A DNA stretch of 63,845 bases, filler included. It is 6 parts of 6 records of this genome, joined end to end, with 100 filler letters (N's around TTAATTAATTAA, not from the genome) between each part and the next. Parts side by side here need not be neighbours in the genome. Positions count along the whole stretch, not along the records: positions 1 to 24,428 come from SRR31156797_17489; positions 24,529 to 35,357 come from SRR31156797_17498; 4 more parts are not named here. One strand, given 5' to 3'. The translations under genes and the position numbers were made by a program. The notes under the pieces are model-generated. The model was not told where the DNA came from. It saw only the letters and a list, made by a program, of their open reading frames with translations, and searched no databases. Shown one piece after another: positions 18,839-28,966 of the stretch (the first letter of the stretch is position 1; each line of letters begins with the position of its first letter).

Positions 18839-20309
18839 ACAATCTACCGAGGCATCGTACACCGACCTTGCCCACCAGGGGCTCAACAATCCCCCCCTGC
18901 AAAAGAGCTTGCGCAGCATACAGCAAGGATATGGCCAAGGTGCCATGCGCATATGGGACTCGCTTGAAGACCCTGCATTGAGAAAACGAGTTAAAGCAAA
19001 AAGAGAATCCACCCTGGCCCACCTCGATATTGTCCTGAAAGAACTGACAAACAACATCCAAGAACGGGGAGGTAACGTTTATTTTGCCCCTACAGCTAAG
19101 GACGCTGTGAAATATGTGCTGGATGTAGCATCAAAAAAGAAGGTACAGCGCGTCGTTAAGGGCAAATCAATGACCTCAGCAGAGATTGGAATAGACGATG
19201 CCCTGGAACAAGCAGGGATTCAGGTGGTTGAGACAGACCTGGGAGAATATATTATCCAACTCAACGAGGATACGGCCTCCCATATTATCGCTCCCTGCAT
19301 CCATCTTAATCGAGAACAGATAGGCCGTCTTTTTAATGAAAAGCTGGACATCCCCTACACCGATGATCCGCCGACCTTGACCCGGGAAGCAAGAAAAGCC
19401 CTGCGCAAACAACTGCTTTCTGCAGACATGGGCATAACCGGCTGCAATATTGCTTGTGCTGAAACCGGCCATATATCGTTGGTCTCCAACGAAGGCAACA
19501 TCAGGATGGCGACGACTATGCCCAAAATCCATGTAGCCTTGATGGGGATGGAACGGGTGGCCGCAACCTTGGACGAGCATGCATCCCTGTTGCAGCTGCT
19601 GACCCGAGGGGCTGCCCTGCAGAAGCTCTCCACCTATGTCAGTTTTCAGGGAGGCCCCAGTGAAAAGGGATCCCCTGACGGACCGGAAGAGTTTCACCTG
19701 GTTATTATCGACAATGGTCGATCCAAGATACTTGCTGATACAGACTTCAAAGAGGTGCTATCTTGTATTCGCTGCGGTGCCTGCCTTAACATCTGTCCGG
19801 TCTATGGCCGCATTGGCGGACATGCCTACAACTCCCCTTACAGCGGCCCCATAGGGGCAGTTATCACCCCCCTTCTCAACGGTATAAACAATCATGCGGA
19901 CCTTTGCAAAGGCGAAACCCTGTGCGGTGCATGCAGGGAAGTTTGTCCAGTGGAAAATGATCTTCCCCGGATGCTCTCTGTCCTGCGTCACAAACTGGCT
20001 TACGGCGATGCGAAGTGGAATGTTACCCCGCATAACAAGAGTGAAAAACGCTTTTTTGCTCTCTGGGCCAGCATTGTCCAAGTACCGAAACTGTATCACT
20101 TACTTATACGGGTAAGTGGAATACTGCAGCGCCCCTTTCTTAACTCAGACAACATGTTTTCCAAGCTGCCTGGCAAAGTCAAGGGATGGACAATCACAAG
20201 AGACCTGCCTCCGATTGCTACATCCTCTTTCAGACACAGGTGGCAACAAAACAGGATAAACCAACCAAAGAACGTTGGTCATAACAGTCAAGAGGATCAC
20301 CATGAATAA
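18831..20309 (+). CDS. lutB: L-lactate utilisation protein B (LUD domain plus 4Fe-4S)
   Basis: KGKSMTSAEI, ETDLGEYI, NEGN, CIRCGACLNICPVY and CGACREVCPV. Confidence 0.92.
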   Translation: MSKQSTEASYTDLAHQGLNNPPLQKSLRSIQQGYGQGAMRIWDSLEDPALRKRVKAKRESTLAHLDIVLKELTNNIQERGGNVYFAPTAKDAVKYVLDVASKKKVQRVVKGKSMTSAEIGIDDALEQAGIQVVETDLGEYIIQLNEDTASHIIAPCIHLNREQIGRLFNEKLDIPYTDDPPTLTREARKALRKQLLSADMGITGCNIACAETGHISLVSNEGNIRMATTMPKIHVALMGMERVAATLDEHASLLQLLTRGAALQKLSTYVSFQGGPSEKGSPDGPEEFHLVIIDNGRSKILADTDFKEVLSCIRCGACLNICPVYGRIGGHAYNSPYSGPIGAVITPLLNGINNHADLCKGETLCGACREVCPVENDLPRMLSVLRHKLAYGDAKWNVTPHNKSEKRFFALWASIVQVPKLYHLLIRVSGILQRPFLNSDNMFSKLPGKVKGWTITRDLPPIATSSFRHRWQQNRINQPKNVGHNSQEDHHE

Positions 20310-21018
20310 CCACGATCTGTTTTTAAACAAACTGCACACAATCTGCAGCCAGAATCAGGAGCAACGATTTGCTGCAACTTTTCCTGAACTGGCCCAGGCC
20401 CATAAACAGATTTCCTGCCCGGTTACCCCTGCCACTGATCCCATACAGCAAGACCAGATTGCTCTTTTCCAGCAAAATGCGATCCCATTGAACCTGCAGG
20501 TACACTGCTGTCGAGGATGGCAGGACGCAGCTGCAACCATCGCAGCCATTGCTCAAAAAAGCAGCCTGGAATTTACTACGCAAAAAGAAATTATAGCCCA
20601 CGACCACCCAGATATTCATCGATTGAAACTGGCCCCGCTTTTTGCCAGGCAGCAGATACCGTTTCACCTCGCCTGCGGAGAAGGAACCGAAATACAAAAA
20701 AACACCCGCAACAGTTTCATAGGCATCACAGCACCCGAGTGGGGGGTGGCAGAGTCAGCCACCCTTATACAGCTAACAGCTAAAGGCCTTCCGCGATCCA
20801 CCTCTCTGGTTCCCTCCATCCATATTGGTGTACTACCGACAAACAGACTGCTTACCACCCTTGAGCAGGCGTACGAAATGCTCATGAGAGCGCCCTTGCC
20901 AGATTCGTTTGTCTTTATCTCCGGCCCGTCCAAAACCGCAGACATTGAGGCCCACATGGTCCATGGTGCCCACGGCCCCAGAAAGATGCATACCATCCTG
21001 GTTGATATGGAGGGGTAA
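20302..21018 (+). CDS. lutC: L-lactate utilisation protein C (LUD domain)
   Basis: ATG at 20302 overlaps the lutB end. RSTSLVPSIHI and FISGPSKTADIE-GAHGP. Confidence 0.88.
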   Translation: MNNHDLFLNKLHTICSQNQEQRFAATFPELAQAHKQISCPVTPATDPIQQDQIALFQQNAIPLNLQVHCCRGWQDAAATIAAIAQKSSLEFTTQKEIIAHDHPDIHRLKLAPLFARQQIPFHLACGEGTEIQKNTRNSFIGITAPEWGVAESATLIQLTAKGLPRSTSLVPSIHIGVLPTNRLLTTLEQAYEMLMRAPLPDSFVFISGPSKTADIEAHMVHGAHGPRKMHTILVDMEG

Positions 21019-21059
21019 TCAGTGTAATATGGATCTCTAACCTCAAAGGAGTCGCTGCC

Positions 21060-21845
21060 ATGAGCTTTCCCTTTCGACCGGTTTCACGCATCCTCCTGCT
21101 TTGCGCTTCTCTCTGCTGCACCTTGTGGAGTCCCCCGTCCAGTGCAGAAGATTCCTCCCACCAGGCCCTCTCAATTCTTGAACATGCCATAGACCACTGG
21201 CGCGGCACCAGCTCCATTTTCACCTTTACTCTTACTATCCACCGCCCCGACTTTGAACGGACTATGAGTATGAAGGGCTGGACAAAGGGGCGACAGAACG
21301 GTCTTTTTTTTGTACTGAAACCGCCTAAAGATGCTGGCAACGGTACCCTTAAAAAAGGCAGGGAAATGTGGACCTATAATCCTAAAATTAACCGGGTCAT
21401 CAAGTTGCCGCCCTCAATGATGAGTCAATCTTGGATGGGCTCGGATTTTTCAAATGATGATCTTGCCAAATCTGACAGCGTGCTCGATGAATATACCCAT
21501 CGCATAACCAGTGAGGACGTCATTAGTGGCCTTACCCATTACACCATTGAGGCCACAGCAAAAGAGGAGGCGCCAGTTGTGTGGGGCAAGCAGGAATTAC
21601 TGGTAAGAGAAGATGATATCCTGCTGCGCCAATCCTTTTTTGACGAGGATATGGTACTGGTTAAAGAGATGATCGGCAGCGACATTACTTCGCTCGACAA
21701 CCGTCTCTTTCCCCGGCGATGGGAGATGCGACGGGCAGACAAAACAGATCATTACACCCAACTTGAATACAGGGACATTGTCTTTGATGTGGACATCAAT
21801 GATACCACCTTCTCCCTAATGAGCCTCAAACAAAAAGGGCGCTGA
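21060..21845 (+). CDS. Outer-membrane lipoprotein-sorting protein (LolA-like)
   Basis: Signal peptide, KDAGNGTLK, MWTYNPKINRVIKLPPSMMSQSWMGSDFSNDDL. Precedes two LolC/E-like permeases. Confidence 0.82.
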   Translation: MSFPFRPVSRILLLCASLCCTLWSPPSSAEDSSHQALSILEHAIDHWRGTSSIFTFTLTIHRPDFERTMSMKGWTKGRQNGLFFVLKPPKDAGNGTLKKGREMWTYNPKINRVIKLPPSMMSQSWMGSDFSNDDLAKSDSVLDEYTHRITSEDVISGLTHYTIEATAKEEAPVVWGKQELLVREDDILLRQSFFDEDMVLVKEMIGSDITSLDNRLFPRRWEMRRADKTDHYTQLEYRDIVFDVDINDTTFSLMSLKQKGR

Positions 21846-21847
21846 CC

Positions 21848-23071
21848 ATGGGCGACCTGATCCTGGCATGGCGTAATGTTTGGCGCAACCCGAGACGCTC
21901 CCTCCTTACTATCCTGGCTATCGTCTTTGCCGCAGTTCTACTCGTCTTTATGCTGTCGTTTCAATTCGGTTCCTACGAAGACATGATCAATGCCACGGTC
22001 CGGCAAAGCACTGGCCATTTGCAAGTGCAGGCTCCCGGGTATCATGATCGCCAGGAAATGCACCTCGCGGTTGCAAACGCTCACCCCCTTGCAGCAGAGA
22101 TAGAATCCATTGGCGGAGTAAACAATGCGGCCCTCCGCTCAGAAGCATTTGGTTTGGTGTCCGGGGAAAAGAGAAGTCGTGGAACAACCATCTTTGGTAT
22201 CCAGCCGGAGAAAGAACACAAGGTCACCACGCTGCCCAGGCAAATCAAGCAGGGACGATATCTTACACAAGATGATCACGACGTTGCCCTGGTCGGCTCA
22301 TTGCTTGCCAAACGGCTTCAACTGTCTCTTGGCGACGAATGCACCATGCTGGGCCAGGGAAAAGATGGTTCCATCGCAGCAGCCCTCTTTACCATTATTG
22401 GGATATACACAACCGGAGTTGACGCCGTTGATCGGGCAACACTCCACATTACCCTTGATGATTTTAATGATATTTTTTTTATGGAAAAATCAGCACACCG
22501 AATCATCATCACAGCTGAACATCTTTCAGATATTGGACCCATTACCAGAACCCTGCAAAACAACGTCGCTTTTGAGCCGCTGGCGATACTCACCTGGGAA
22601 AAACTCGCTCCAGGCCTCAGGCAATCCATGGAGCTTGATCTCATCAGCGGCATTATCATGTATATCATCCTGGTGGTGGTGGTTGCCTTTAGTGTACTCA
22701 ACACTTTTTTCATGGCCTTTTTTGAACGGACCAGGGAATTTGGTGTTCTTCTTTCCATTGGTGCAAGACCTGGTCGTCTGATGCGAATGATCCTGACAGA
22801 GTCAATGCTCCTAACCTTAACCGGTATTATTATTGGCACCATAATCGGCATAGGGCTAACGCTGTATTTCAGCCACCACGGCATTAGCGTGGGAGATGGT
22901 GGTGAGCTCCTGGCACAATATGGGTTTGAAGACCGCTTTTACCCCCGGCTATCTTGGCTATCCGCCTGCCTTGGCCCAGCACTACTACTGGTTATTACAT
23001 TCTTCACTGCCCTTATCCCAGCACTAAAAGTACCAGGCCTGAAACCGGTGGATGCGCTCAGGGCCTGTTAG
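21848..23071 (+). CDS. ABC transporter permease (LolC/E-MacB/FtsX type)
   Basis: LAWRNVWRNPRRS, ERTREFGVLLSIG and PVDALR. Confidence 0.88.
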   Translation: MGDLILAWRNVWRNPRRSLLTILAIVFAAVLLVFMLSFQFGSYEDMINATVRQSTGHLQVQAPGYHDRQEMHLAVANAHPLAAEIESIGGVNNAALRSEAFGLVSGEKRSRGTTIFGIQPEKEHKVTTLPRQIKQGRYLTQDDHDVALVGSLLAKRLQLSLGDECTMLGQGKDGSIAAALFTIIGIYTTGVDAVDRATLHITLDDFNDIFFMEKSAHRIIITAEHLSDIGPITRTLQNNVAFEPLAILTWEKLAPGLRQSMELDLISGIIMYIILVVVVAFSVLNTFFMAFFERTREFGVLLSIGARPGRLMRMILTESMLLTLTGIIIGTIIGIGLTLYFSHHGISVGDGGELLAQYGFEDRFYPRLSWLSACLGPALLLVITFFTALIPALKVPGLKPVDALRAC

Positions 23072-23154
23072 GCAAAATGTTTTTGAGTCATCCAGGCTCA
23101 GGCGTTCCATGAAGAGGTGTTGACAAACTGAACACTATGTAGAGAAGGAAACTT

Positions 23155-24393
23155 ATGTATATCACCCTTGCCTGGCGAAATCTCTGGAGAAACAGACGCA
23201 GGACCATGATCATCCTCACCGCCGTGATCATCGGCATCAGCAGCATGATCGTCATGGCCGCCTTTTCCAGGGGCACAATGCAGGGTATGGTCGAAAACGC
23301 CATCTACAACATGGTCGGGCATATAAAAATTGGGCATGAACGATATCTTGCCGACCCGGCAATAGAACATCGTATTAGCAATCCGAATAAAATAATCAAC
23401 CAGGTTAAAGGATTGTTACCGACAGGATTCAAAATTGTGCAGCGCATTCGCACTGATGCTATGCTCAGTACCAGCAGAGAGCATGTTGGCCTGGTGCTGT
23501 TGGGAATACTCCCAAAACAAGAGCAAGGTGTTTCATTTATTGGCAGGCCGCTGGCTCAAGGCACACTCTTCTCTAGTGACAAAAAAGGCGGCATTGTCGT
23601 TGGCCGTAGCTTACTCAAAAAAATAAACGGTGAGCTGGGACAAAAGGTGGTGGTCACCTGCCAAGGTGCTGACGGTAACAATGTTGCTAAGGCTTTCCGT
23701 ATACGCGGCGTTTTTACGACAGAACTTGAGAGTACAGAACAAACGTTTGCCTTTGTGCCTCTCCACACCCTGCAGCAGATGCTTGGTGTAGGAAAAGACA
23801 TCACCGAGATAGCTATCCAATTGCCAGAGAACGACAGTAGTCCGAGAAATAATCTGGAAACGATCACCACACTCCTGCAGGAACAATTAATAGGCGCACC
23901 GCTGCGGCCCAGAAACTGGCGGCAGATGCTCCCTGCAATCAGCAGCTACCTTGAGCTGTTTGATGGCTTCATGCTCATCTGGTACCTTATCGTGTTTCTG
24001 GCAATGGCCTTTGGCCTGGTGAACACCATGCTCATGGCAGTTTATGAACGTATGCGGGAGTTTGGCTTATTGCAGGCCCTTGGTATGCGACCTGGATCTA
24101 TTATCCTAATGGTCATGAGCGAACTTCTCCTGCTGCTCACAATTGGTTGCGCCATTGCCAGCCTAGCTGCCTTCATAACAGTACACGTCTTTTTTACTTC
24201 CGGCATTGATCTCGCAGTCTTTGCAGAAGGGGCTGAATTCTGGGGCATCAGTAGAGTTATTTACCCATTGCTAACGCCTTGGGACATTATTAGTGCCAAC
24301 GGTGTGGTCTTGTTGCTGGGCCTGCTGACCGGTCTGTACCCAGCGCTTCGGGCAACAAAGTTTTCGCCGGTACAGACAATGCGGCATGTATGA
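23155..24393 (+). CDS. ABC transporter permease (LolC/E-MacB/FtsX type)
   Basis: LAWRNLWRNRRRT, ERMREFGLLQALG and YPALRA. The ATPase gene is presumably beyond the contig end. Confidence 0.88.
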   Translation: MYITLAWRNLWRNRRRTMIILTAVIIGISSMIVMAAFSRGTMQGMVENAIYNMVGHIKIGHERYLADPAIEHRISNPNKIINQVKGLLPTGFKIVQRIRTDAMLSTSREHVGLVLLGILPKQEQGVSFIGRPLAQGTLFSSDKKGGIVVGRSLLKKINGELGQKVVVTCQGADGNNVAKAFRIRGVFTTELESTEQTFAFVPLHTLQQMLGVGKDITEIAIQLPENDSSPRNNLETITTLLQEQLIGAPLRPRNWRQMLPAISSYLELFDGFMLIWYLIVFLAMAFGLVNTMLMAVYERMREFGLLQALGMRPGSIILMVMSELLLLLTIGCAIASLAAFITVHVFFTSGIDLAVFAEGAEFWGISRVIYPLLTPWDIISANGVVLLLGLLTGLYPALRATKFSPVQTMRHV

Positions 24394-24428
24394 GCCTGTT
24401 TATTTACTGTCTTTTCGCCCAATCTCTT

Positions 24429-24528
24429 NNNNNNNNNNNNNNNNNNNNNNNNNNNNNNNNNNNNNNNNNNNNTTAATTAATTAANNNNNNNNNNNNNNNN
24501 NNNNNNNNNNNNNNNNNNNNNNNNNNNN
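24429..24528. other. Artificial contig spacer
   Basis: N44-TTAATTAATTAA-N44, with stops in all six frames. Confidence 0.98.
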
Positions 24529-25320
24529 AACGAAGAAGCCTGGCGCTGGTATCACGACCTGGTTGGTGGCGGCCGCTGTCCGATTGTGGATACATGGTGG
24601 CAAACAGAAACCGGTGGCATCATGATTTCTCCAATAGCAGGTATCACACCAACCAAACCATCATTCGCAACCCTTCCGCTGCCCGGTATTCAACCTATCC
24701 TGGTTGATAACGAAGGTAAAGAACTCAAAGGAAATGGTGTTGAAGGAATCCTTTGTATCAAATTCCCATGGCCTGGAATGTTGCGCAGTACTTATGGCGA
24801 TCATCAGCGTTGCTACCAGACTTATTTCTCAAGCTTTAAAGGCCTCTATCTCACAGGTGACGGAGCCAAACGCGATGAAGAAGGTTTCTACAGGATCATC
24901 GGTCGTATTGATGATGTGATCAATGTTTCAGGTCACCGAATTGGTACCGCGGAAGTTGAAGATGCCATTAACCAGCATCCAAAAGTAAACGAGTCGGCTG
25001 TGGTTGGTTATCCACATGAAATTAAAGGTGCAGGTATTTATGCCTACGTTACCTGCGATGAGCTTTCAGAACATGAAATGGACACCATTGAGAAGGAAAT
25101 TCGTGATACGGTAACCAAGATCATTGGACCTATTGCCAAGCCTGATATGATTCAGATCGTTAGTGGACTGCCAAAAACACGTTCAGGAAAGATCATGCGT
25201 CGTATCCTGCGTAAGATTGGTGAAGGTGATGCTACAAACCTCGGTGATACTTCAACATTACTCGATCCGGGTGTAGTTGAGGAAATCATTGACGGTGCCA
25301 AAGTTAAAGTTAAACGCTAA
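24529..25320 (+). CDS. acs: Acetyl-CoA synthetase, 5'-truncated by the contig edge
   Basis: Frame open from the contig start: NEEAWRWY...[27 protein letters not shown] and [12 protein letters not shown]. Confidence 0.95.
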   Translation, partial: NEEAWRWYHDLVGGGRCPIVDTWWQTETGGIMISPIAGITPTKPSFATLPLPGIQPILVDNEGKELKGNGVEGILCIKFPWPGMLRSTYGDHQRCYQTYFSSFKGLYLTGDGAKRDEEGFYRIIGRIDDVINVSGHRIGTAEVEDAINQHPKVNESAVVGYPHEIKGAGIYAYVTCDELSEHEMDTIEKEIRDTVTKIIGPIAKPDMIQIVSGLPKTRSGKIMRRILRKIGEGDATNLGDTSTLLDPGVVEEIIDGAKVKVKR

Positions 25321-25330
25321 TAATTTACAC

Positions 25331-25367
25331 GACTGCCTCACAACAACTGTGGGGCAGTTCTTTTTCT
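25331..25367 (+). terminator. Hairpin plus U-tract between acs and the MFS gene
   Basis: GACTGCCTCACA-acaac-TGTGGGGCAGTT followed by CTTTTTCT. Confidence 0.55.
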
Positions 25368-25385
25368 AATTTAAACCAAATATTT

Positions 25386-26741
25386 ATGAAAGGCATAAAA
25401 ATTACAAATCGCTGGGTGGTGGTAGCCGGGGCAATTTTGATACAACTTGCGTTGGGTGCCATATATGCCTGGTCGGTGTTTACAAAAATTTTAACAGACC
25501 CGAATGATATTTACCAGTTCACAGCAACCCAGGCAGCCTGGGTATTTTCAGCCGGCCTGGCAACTTTTGCATTCGTGATGGTTCTTGCCGGAAAGTGGCA
25601 GGCAAAATCAGGTCCAACCATCGTTGCATTTACAGGTGGGTTGGTGCTTGGTGGCGGCTATTTGCTTGGTGGATTTCTGGGTGATTCTTTTATTTCACAG
25701 CTCCTTTTTATTGGAATTATGGGTGGTGCCGGTATCGGCCTGGCCTATGTTGTACCGATTGCCGTGGGTGTTAAATGGTTCCCTGACAAAAAGGGTATGG
25801 TTACGGGATTGGCAGTTGCCGGATTTGGATTTGGAGCTACCATTTGGGTAAAGCTGGCTGATTCATGGTTTGGAGGACTGCTACATACTACCAGCGTATT
25901 TGGGCTTCCAAGTGCCCAGAGTGTATTCGTAATATACGGATTCATCTTTGCTGCATTCGTATTGCTGGGTTCGATGGTTATGGTAAATCCGCCTGATGGA
26001 TATAAACCTGAAGGATGGACTCCTCCGGCAAAAGACGATAAAAAGGCAAGTGGAAATGTGGAGTTTACACCGAGGGTAATGCTACGCACTCCTCAATTCT
26101 ACAGTGTGTGGACAGTGTTTGTGTTCTCTGCACTTTCGGGCCTCATGGTAATCTACTGCATCAAACTTTTTGGTATTGATGCCTTGCGTCACAATGGAAT
26201 GGAACTGGCCGATGCTGCTATCGTAGGTGGCACAGCAATGGCATGGTATGCTATTTTTAACGGTTTGGGACGGATTCTCTGGGGTATGGCTTCGGATAAA
26301 ATTGGCCGTAAAAACTCCATTATCACCATGACTTTGTTCCAGGGTATCATAGTATTGATGACTTACCATGTGTTCATCAGCTTCGGTTTCACAACAGGGT
26401 TTATTTTTGCAGCTTCTGTAATTGGCTTTAATTTTGGCGGCAACTTTGCCTTGTTCCCGGCCATTACAGCCGATTATTTTGGAAATAAAAACCTGGGTAA
26501 TAACTATGGGTTTATGTTTACGGCTTACGGTATTGCAGGTATCCTGGGGCCTCAACTGGCAGGATGGTTTAAAGATTCAGCTTCAGGTTCCGGTGCGCCG
26601 GTTGTTTGGATGACACCATTTATCATTGCCGGGGTTGCTTGTATTTTAGGTGCTTTGCTGATGAAAGTTACCAAGGCCCCAAAGCCAAAAACTGATGAAT
26701 ATCATGTGGCTGATCAAAACGTGAATTTGAAGACCGCATAA
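25386..26741 (+). CDS. OFA/monocarboxylate-type MFS transporter
   Basis: GAIYAWSVF, KWFPDKKGMVTGLAVAGFGFG, NGLGRILWGMASDKIGRK and FPAITADYFG. About 12 TM segments. Confidence 0.88.
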   Translation: MKGIKITNRWVVVAGAILIQLALGAIYAWSVFTKILTDPNDIYQFTATQAAWVFSAGLATFAFVMVLAGKWQAKSGPTIVAFTGGLVLGGGYLLGGFLGDSFISQLLFIGIMGGAGIGLAYVVPIAVGVKWFPDKKGMVTGLAVAGFGFGATIWVKLADSWFGGLLHTTSVFGLPSAQSVFVIYGFIFAAFVLLGSMVMVNPPDGYKPEGWTPPAKDDKKASGNVEFTPRVMLRTPQFYSVWTVFVFSALSGLMVIYCIKLFGIDALRHNGMELADAAIVGGTAMAWYAIFNGLGRILWGMASDKIGRKNSIITMTLFQGIIVLMTYHVFISFGFTTGFIFAASVIGFNFGGNFALFPAITADYFGNKNLGNNYGFMFTAYGIAGILGPQLAGWFKDSASGSGAPVVWMTPFIIAGVACILGALLMKVTKAPKPKTDEYHVADQNVNLKTA

Positions 26742-26765
26742 TCAACACCTTACAATTTTAAAAAC

Positions 26766-26800
26766 AAAAAGCGCGATGTTTTACATGGCGCTTTTTTTTT
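26766..26800 (+). terminator. Rho-independent terminator
   Basis: AAAAAGCGCGATGT-tt-TACATGGCGC followed by T9. Confidence 0.7.
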
Positions 26801-26905
26801 GTGTTTGAAAAATTAACACAAAATTTATTTAAGATTATTTAAGTAGTTTGATACTTATTTGTATTTTTACGTCGCCAAAACAAAGTATCAAAAAACCTGA
26901 ACCCG

Positions 26906-27127
26906 ATGACCTTTTTTACCACGCGTTTACCAAAGGAAGACAACCAATCCGGATATTCACACAACGACAGTGATTTAGTTGATAAATCCGGTAAGAAATT
27001 CTCAATCATAAAAGATTTATTCTCCCATCAAAACAAAATTAATTTCCTGACGAAATCCCTGATCAGGATAATAGGTGTGATTGTGTCTGCTGGAATCCTT
27101 GTTGGCCTCTACGAACTTTTTAGCTGA
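26906..27127 (+). CDS. Small hypothetical protein with a C-terminal TM helix
   Basis: 73 aa, ATG after an A-rich leader. Its stop abuts the convergent protease stop. Confidence 0.45.
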   Translation: MTFFTTRLPKEDNQSGYSHNDSDLVDKSGKKFSIIKDLFSHQNKINFLTKSLIRIIGVIVSAGILVGLYELFS

Positions 27128-28792
27128 TTATTTCATCAACTTTTTTGTTACTGCCTGGTTCTTCTGGTTGGTAATTCTTATAAAATATACACCTCTTTCC
27201 AGATCACTTAAATCAATGGAGAGGATTCCATTGTCGTCTGTTACAGGTTTCGCTATGTAAATTATCCTGCCTGACACATCCAGAATTTCAATTGTTAAAC
27301 CCAGATTGCTGTATTCAGCCGCAAGATCAATGAAGGCTGTTCCTGATGCTGGATTAGGATAGATTTTAACTGCCTGGCTAAAATCGGGTGTTTCAGGTAT
27401 GCTAACCAATCCGTCAAGCGTTTCAACGCCGGTGTTATCGGGATCAAGCCATGGCTGAAGTTTTGTTTCATCCGAATCCCCAATCTGATCCCATGAATGT
27501 GAAAACTTTCCATAATAGTCAGGCCCGTTCAGGTTGCTGCAACTGGCATCACCACCTGTGAGTTGCCCCATGAGTAAACCTTCGCTGCTAAAGATGGGTG
27601 AGCCGGAAGAGCCTCCTTCGGTTACTCCCCAGTTGGTTTCAGTTGCCGACCATACCACACGCCAGTGTGTATTGGGTACCGATGACCAATTGGTAGAAAT
27701 CAATGGTGAGGTGTATGTTGATATTTTTTTGATATCTCCCTGCGGATGATGGATAGTAACACCTTCCTGGCTGGTTTCGTCAATGCGCGTCCAGCCGTTA
27801 TAAAATGGATCATAGTCCAGCGGAACCGATTCGTTGAGTAACAATAATTTAAAATCGGTTTCTACGCCTGCACCACCGGCTGCTGCTACTTTCGTGGCTC
27901 CAATCATGGTATAAAAACTGAAAGTTGTATCTGTTTCAGGATCTTCACAAACATTTCCCTGGTACCTGAAATAAAAAATCCAGCTTTCATAATCGTTTGC
28001 TGAAGCATTGGGTCCGCAATGGTCGGCTGTTAAAAAATAGGGTGTATGATCCTGCCGGGTGTTATTAACCAGCGATCCGGTACACCACAACGAACTGCTT
28101 CCTTGTTTCACAATAATCCGGGCAACACCTTTGGCCTGGTTTTGCCAGTTATTTCCTTCCTGACATTTCACATTTACCTCACAGGTATCGGCACTGCCAA
28201 ATCCGCGGTCACCAAAAATTCTTTCAGCGGTGCGATAAACATATCCCACCTCATTAATATGGATATCAGGTATGAGCCGGCTTCCCGAAGGCTGATAATA
28301 TTCCAGGATGATATGCTCGCCACAGATCATTTCTGTAGCAAATGCGCCGCCATCTCTATTATTGGATGCCGTAAAAGCACCGGCAATTTGTTTCTTGGCT
28401 TCATCATAAATAAACAATTCCCCACCATTGGGAATAATAAATTGGTCGTAATATAAAATGATTGCCTGAGCTCCTGGAGCCTGAATGGCCAATCTGCAAA
28501 TGCTACTACCATCCGGGAGATTCATCCATGTGCCTTGCTCTCCGGGATCAATGTCGGTTTTAACAGACTGGGAAAAGCGCATGGCTATGCCGTATTTATC
28601 CGTAAAAGCATCTTCTTCCAACAATCTTTCCACATTTGGGGACTCAATATTTATGGTGGTGAAATTGTTGTTTTGGATATTAAATTCGAGGCTTGGCGGC
28701 GTGCCTTTTTTATTGATCTGTCCAAATCCAATGAATGAGAAAAGCAGCAGGATGGTGCACAAAACTGAAGGGAGAGGTTGTAGTTTTTTCAA
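27128..28792 (-). CDS. Secreted lysyl-endopeptidase-like serine protease (Achromobacter protease I type) with a T9SS type A C-terminal domain
   Basis: Signal peptide and propeptide. Triad motifs TADHC, TDFKLL and TEGGSSGSP, plus HHPQGDIKKIS and PWLDP. CTD reads IYPNPA...DLSDLERGVYFIRI...TKKLMK. Confidence 0.88.
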   Translation of the reverse strand: MKKLQPLPSVLCTILLLFSFIGFGQINKKGTPPSLEFNIQNNNFTTINIESPNVERLLEEDAFTDKYGIAMRFSQSVKTDIDPGEQGTWMNLPDGSSICRLAIQAPGAQAIILYYDQFIIPNGGELFIYDEAKKQIAGAFTASNNRDGGAFATEMICGEHIILEYYQPSGSRLIPDIHINEVGYVYRTAERIFGDRGFGSADTCEVNVKCQEGNNWQNQAKGVARIIVKQGSSSLWCTGSLVNNTRQDHTPYFLTADHCGPNASANDYESWIFYFRYQGNVCEDPETDTTFSFYTMIGATKVAAAGGAGVETDFKLLLLNESVPLDYDPFYNGWTRIDETSQEGVTIHHPQGDIKKISTYTSPLISTNWSSVPNTHWRVVWSATETNWGVTEGGSSGSPIFSSEGLLMGQLTGGDASCSNLNGPDYYGKFSHSWDQIGDSDETKLQPWLDPDNTGVETLDGLVSIPETPDFSQAVKIYPNPASGTAFIDLAAEYSNLGLTIEILDVSGRIIYIAKPVTDDNGILSIDLSDLERGVYFIRITNQKNQAVTKKLMK

Positions 28793-28819
28793 TGTGTTAA
28801 TCTTTTATGTGGTCAGTCG

Positions 28820-28933
28820 CAAAATTAGGTAAAAATCGAATCAATAGAAATTCTCCTGAAAAGGGATAAATTTAAATCATCCCGAAAGTTCCGTCTGTAA
28901 AACTTTTCCATTGTCCTATAAATTGTAAATTTG
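28820..28933. promoter_or_regulatory. Divergent Bacteroidota -7 promoter elements
   Basis: TAATTTTG on the minus strand (28820-28827) toward the protease and TAAATTTG on the plus strand (28926-28933) toward the MFS pair. Both match the TAnnTTTG consensus. Confidence 0.55.
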
Positions 28934-28966
28934 GCGACTTTTCAGCAAAACCCAAAATCCTTGATC

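Noticed and set aside
18089..24393. Functional link between lutABC and the LolA-like/ABC permease genes
   Set aside because: Both are common independent modules, and only co-orientation links them.
24473..24484. TTAATTAATTAA repeated five times in the window
   Set aside because: It sits in the middle of N-runs and is an artificial all-frame stop linker, not a biological repeat.
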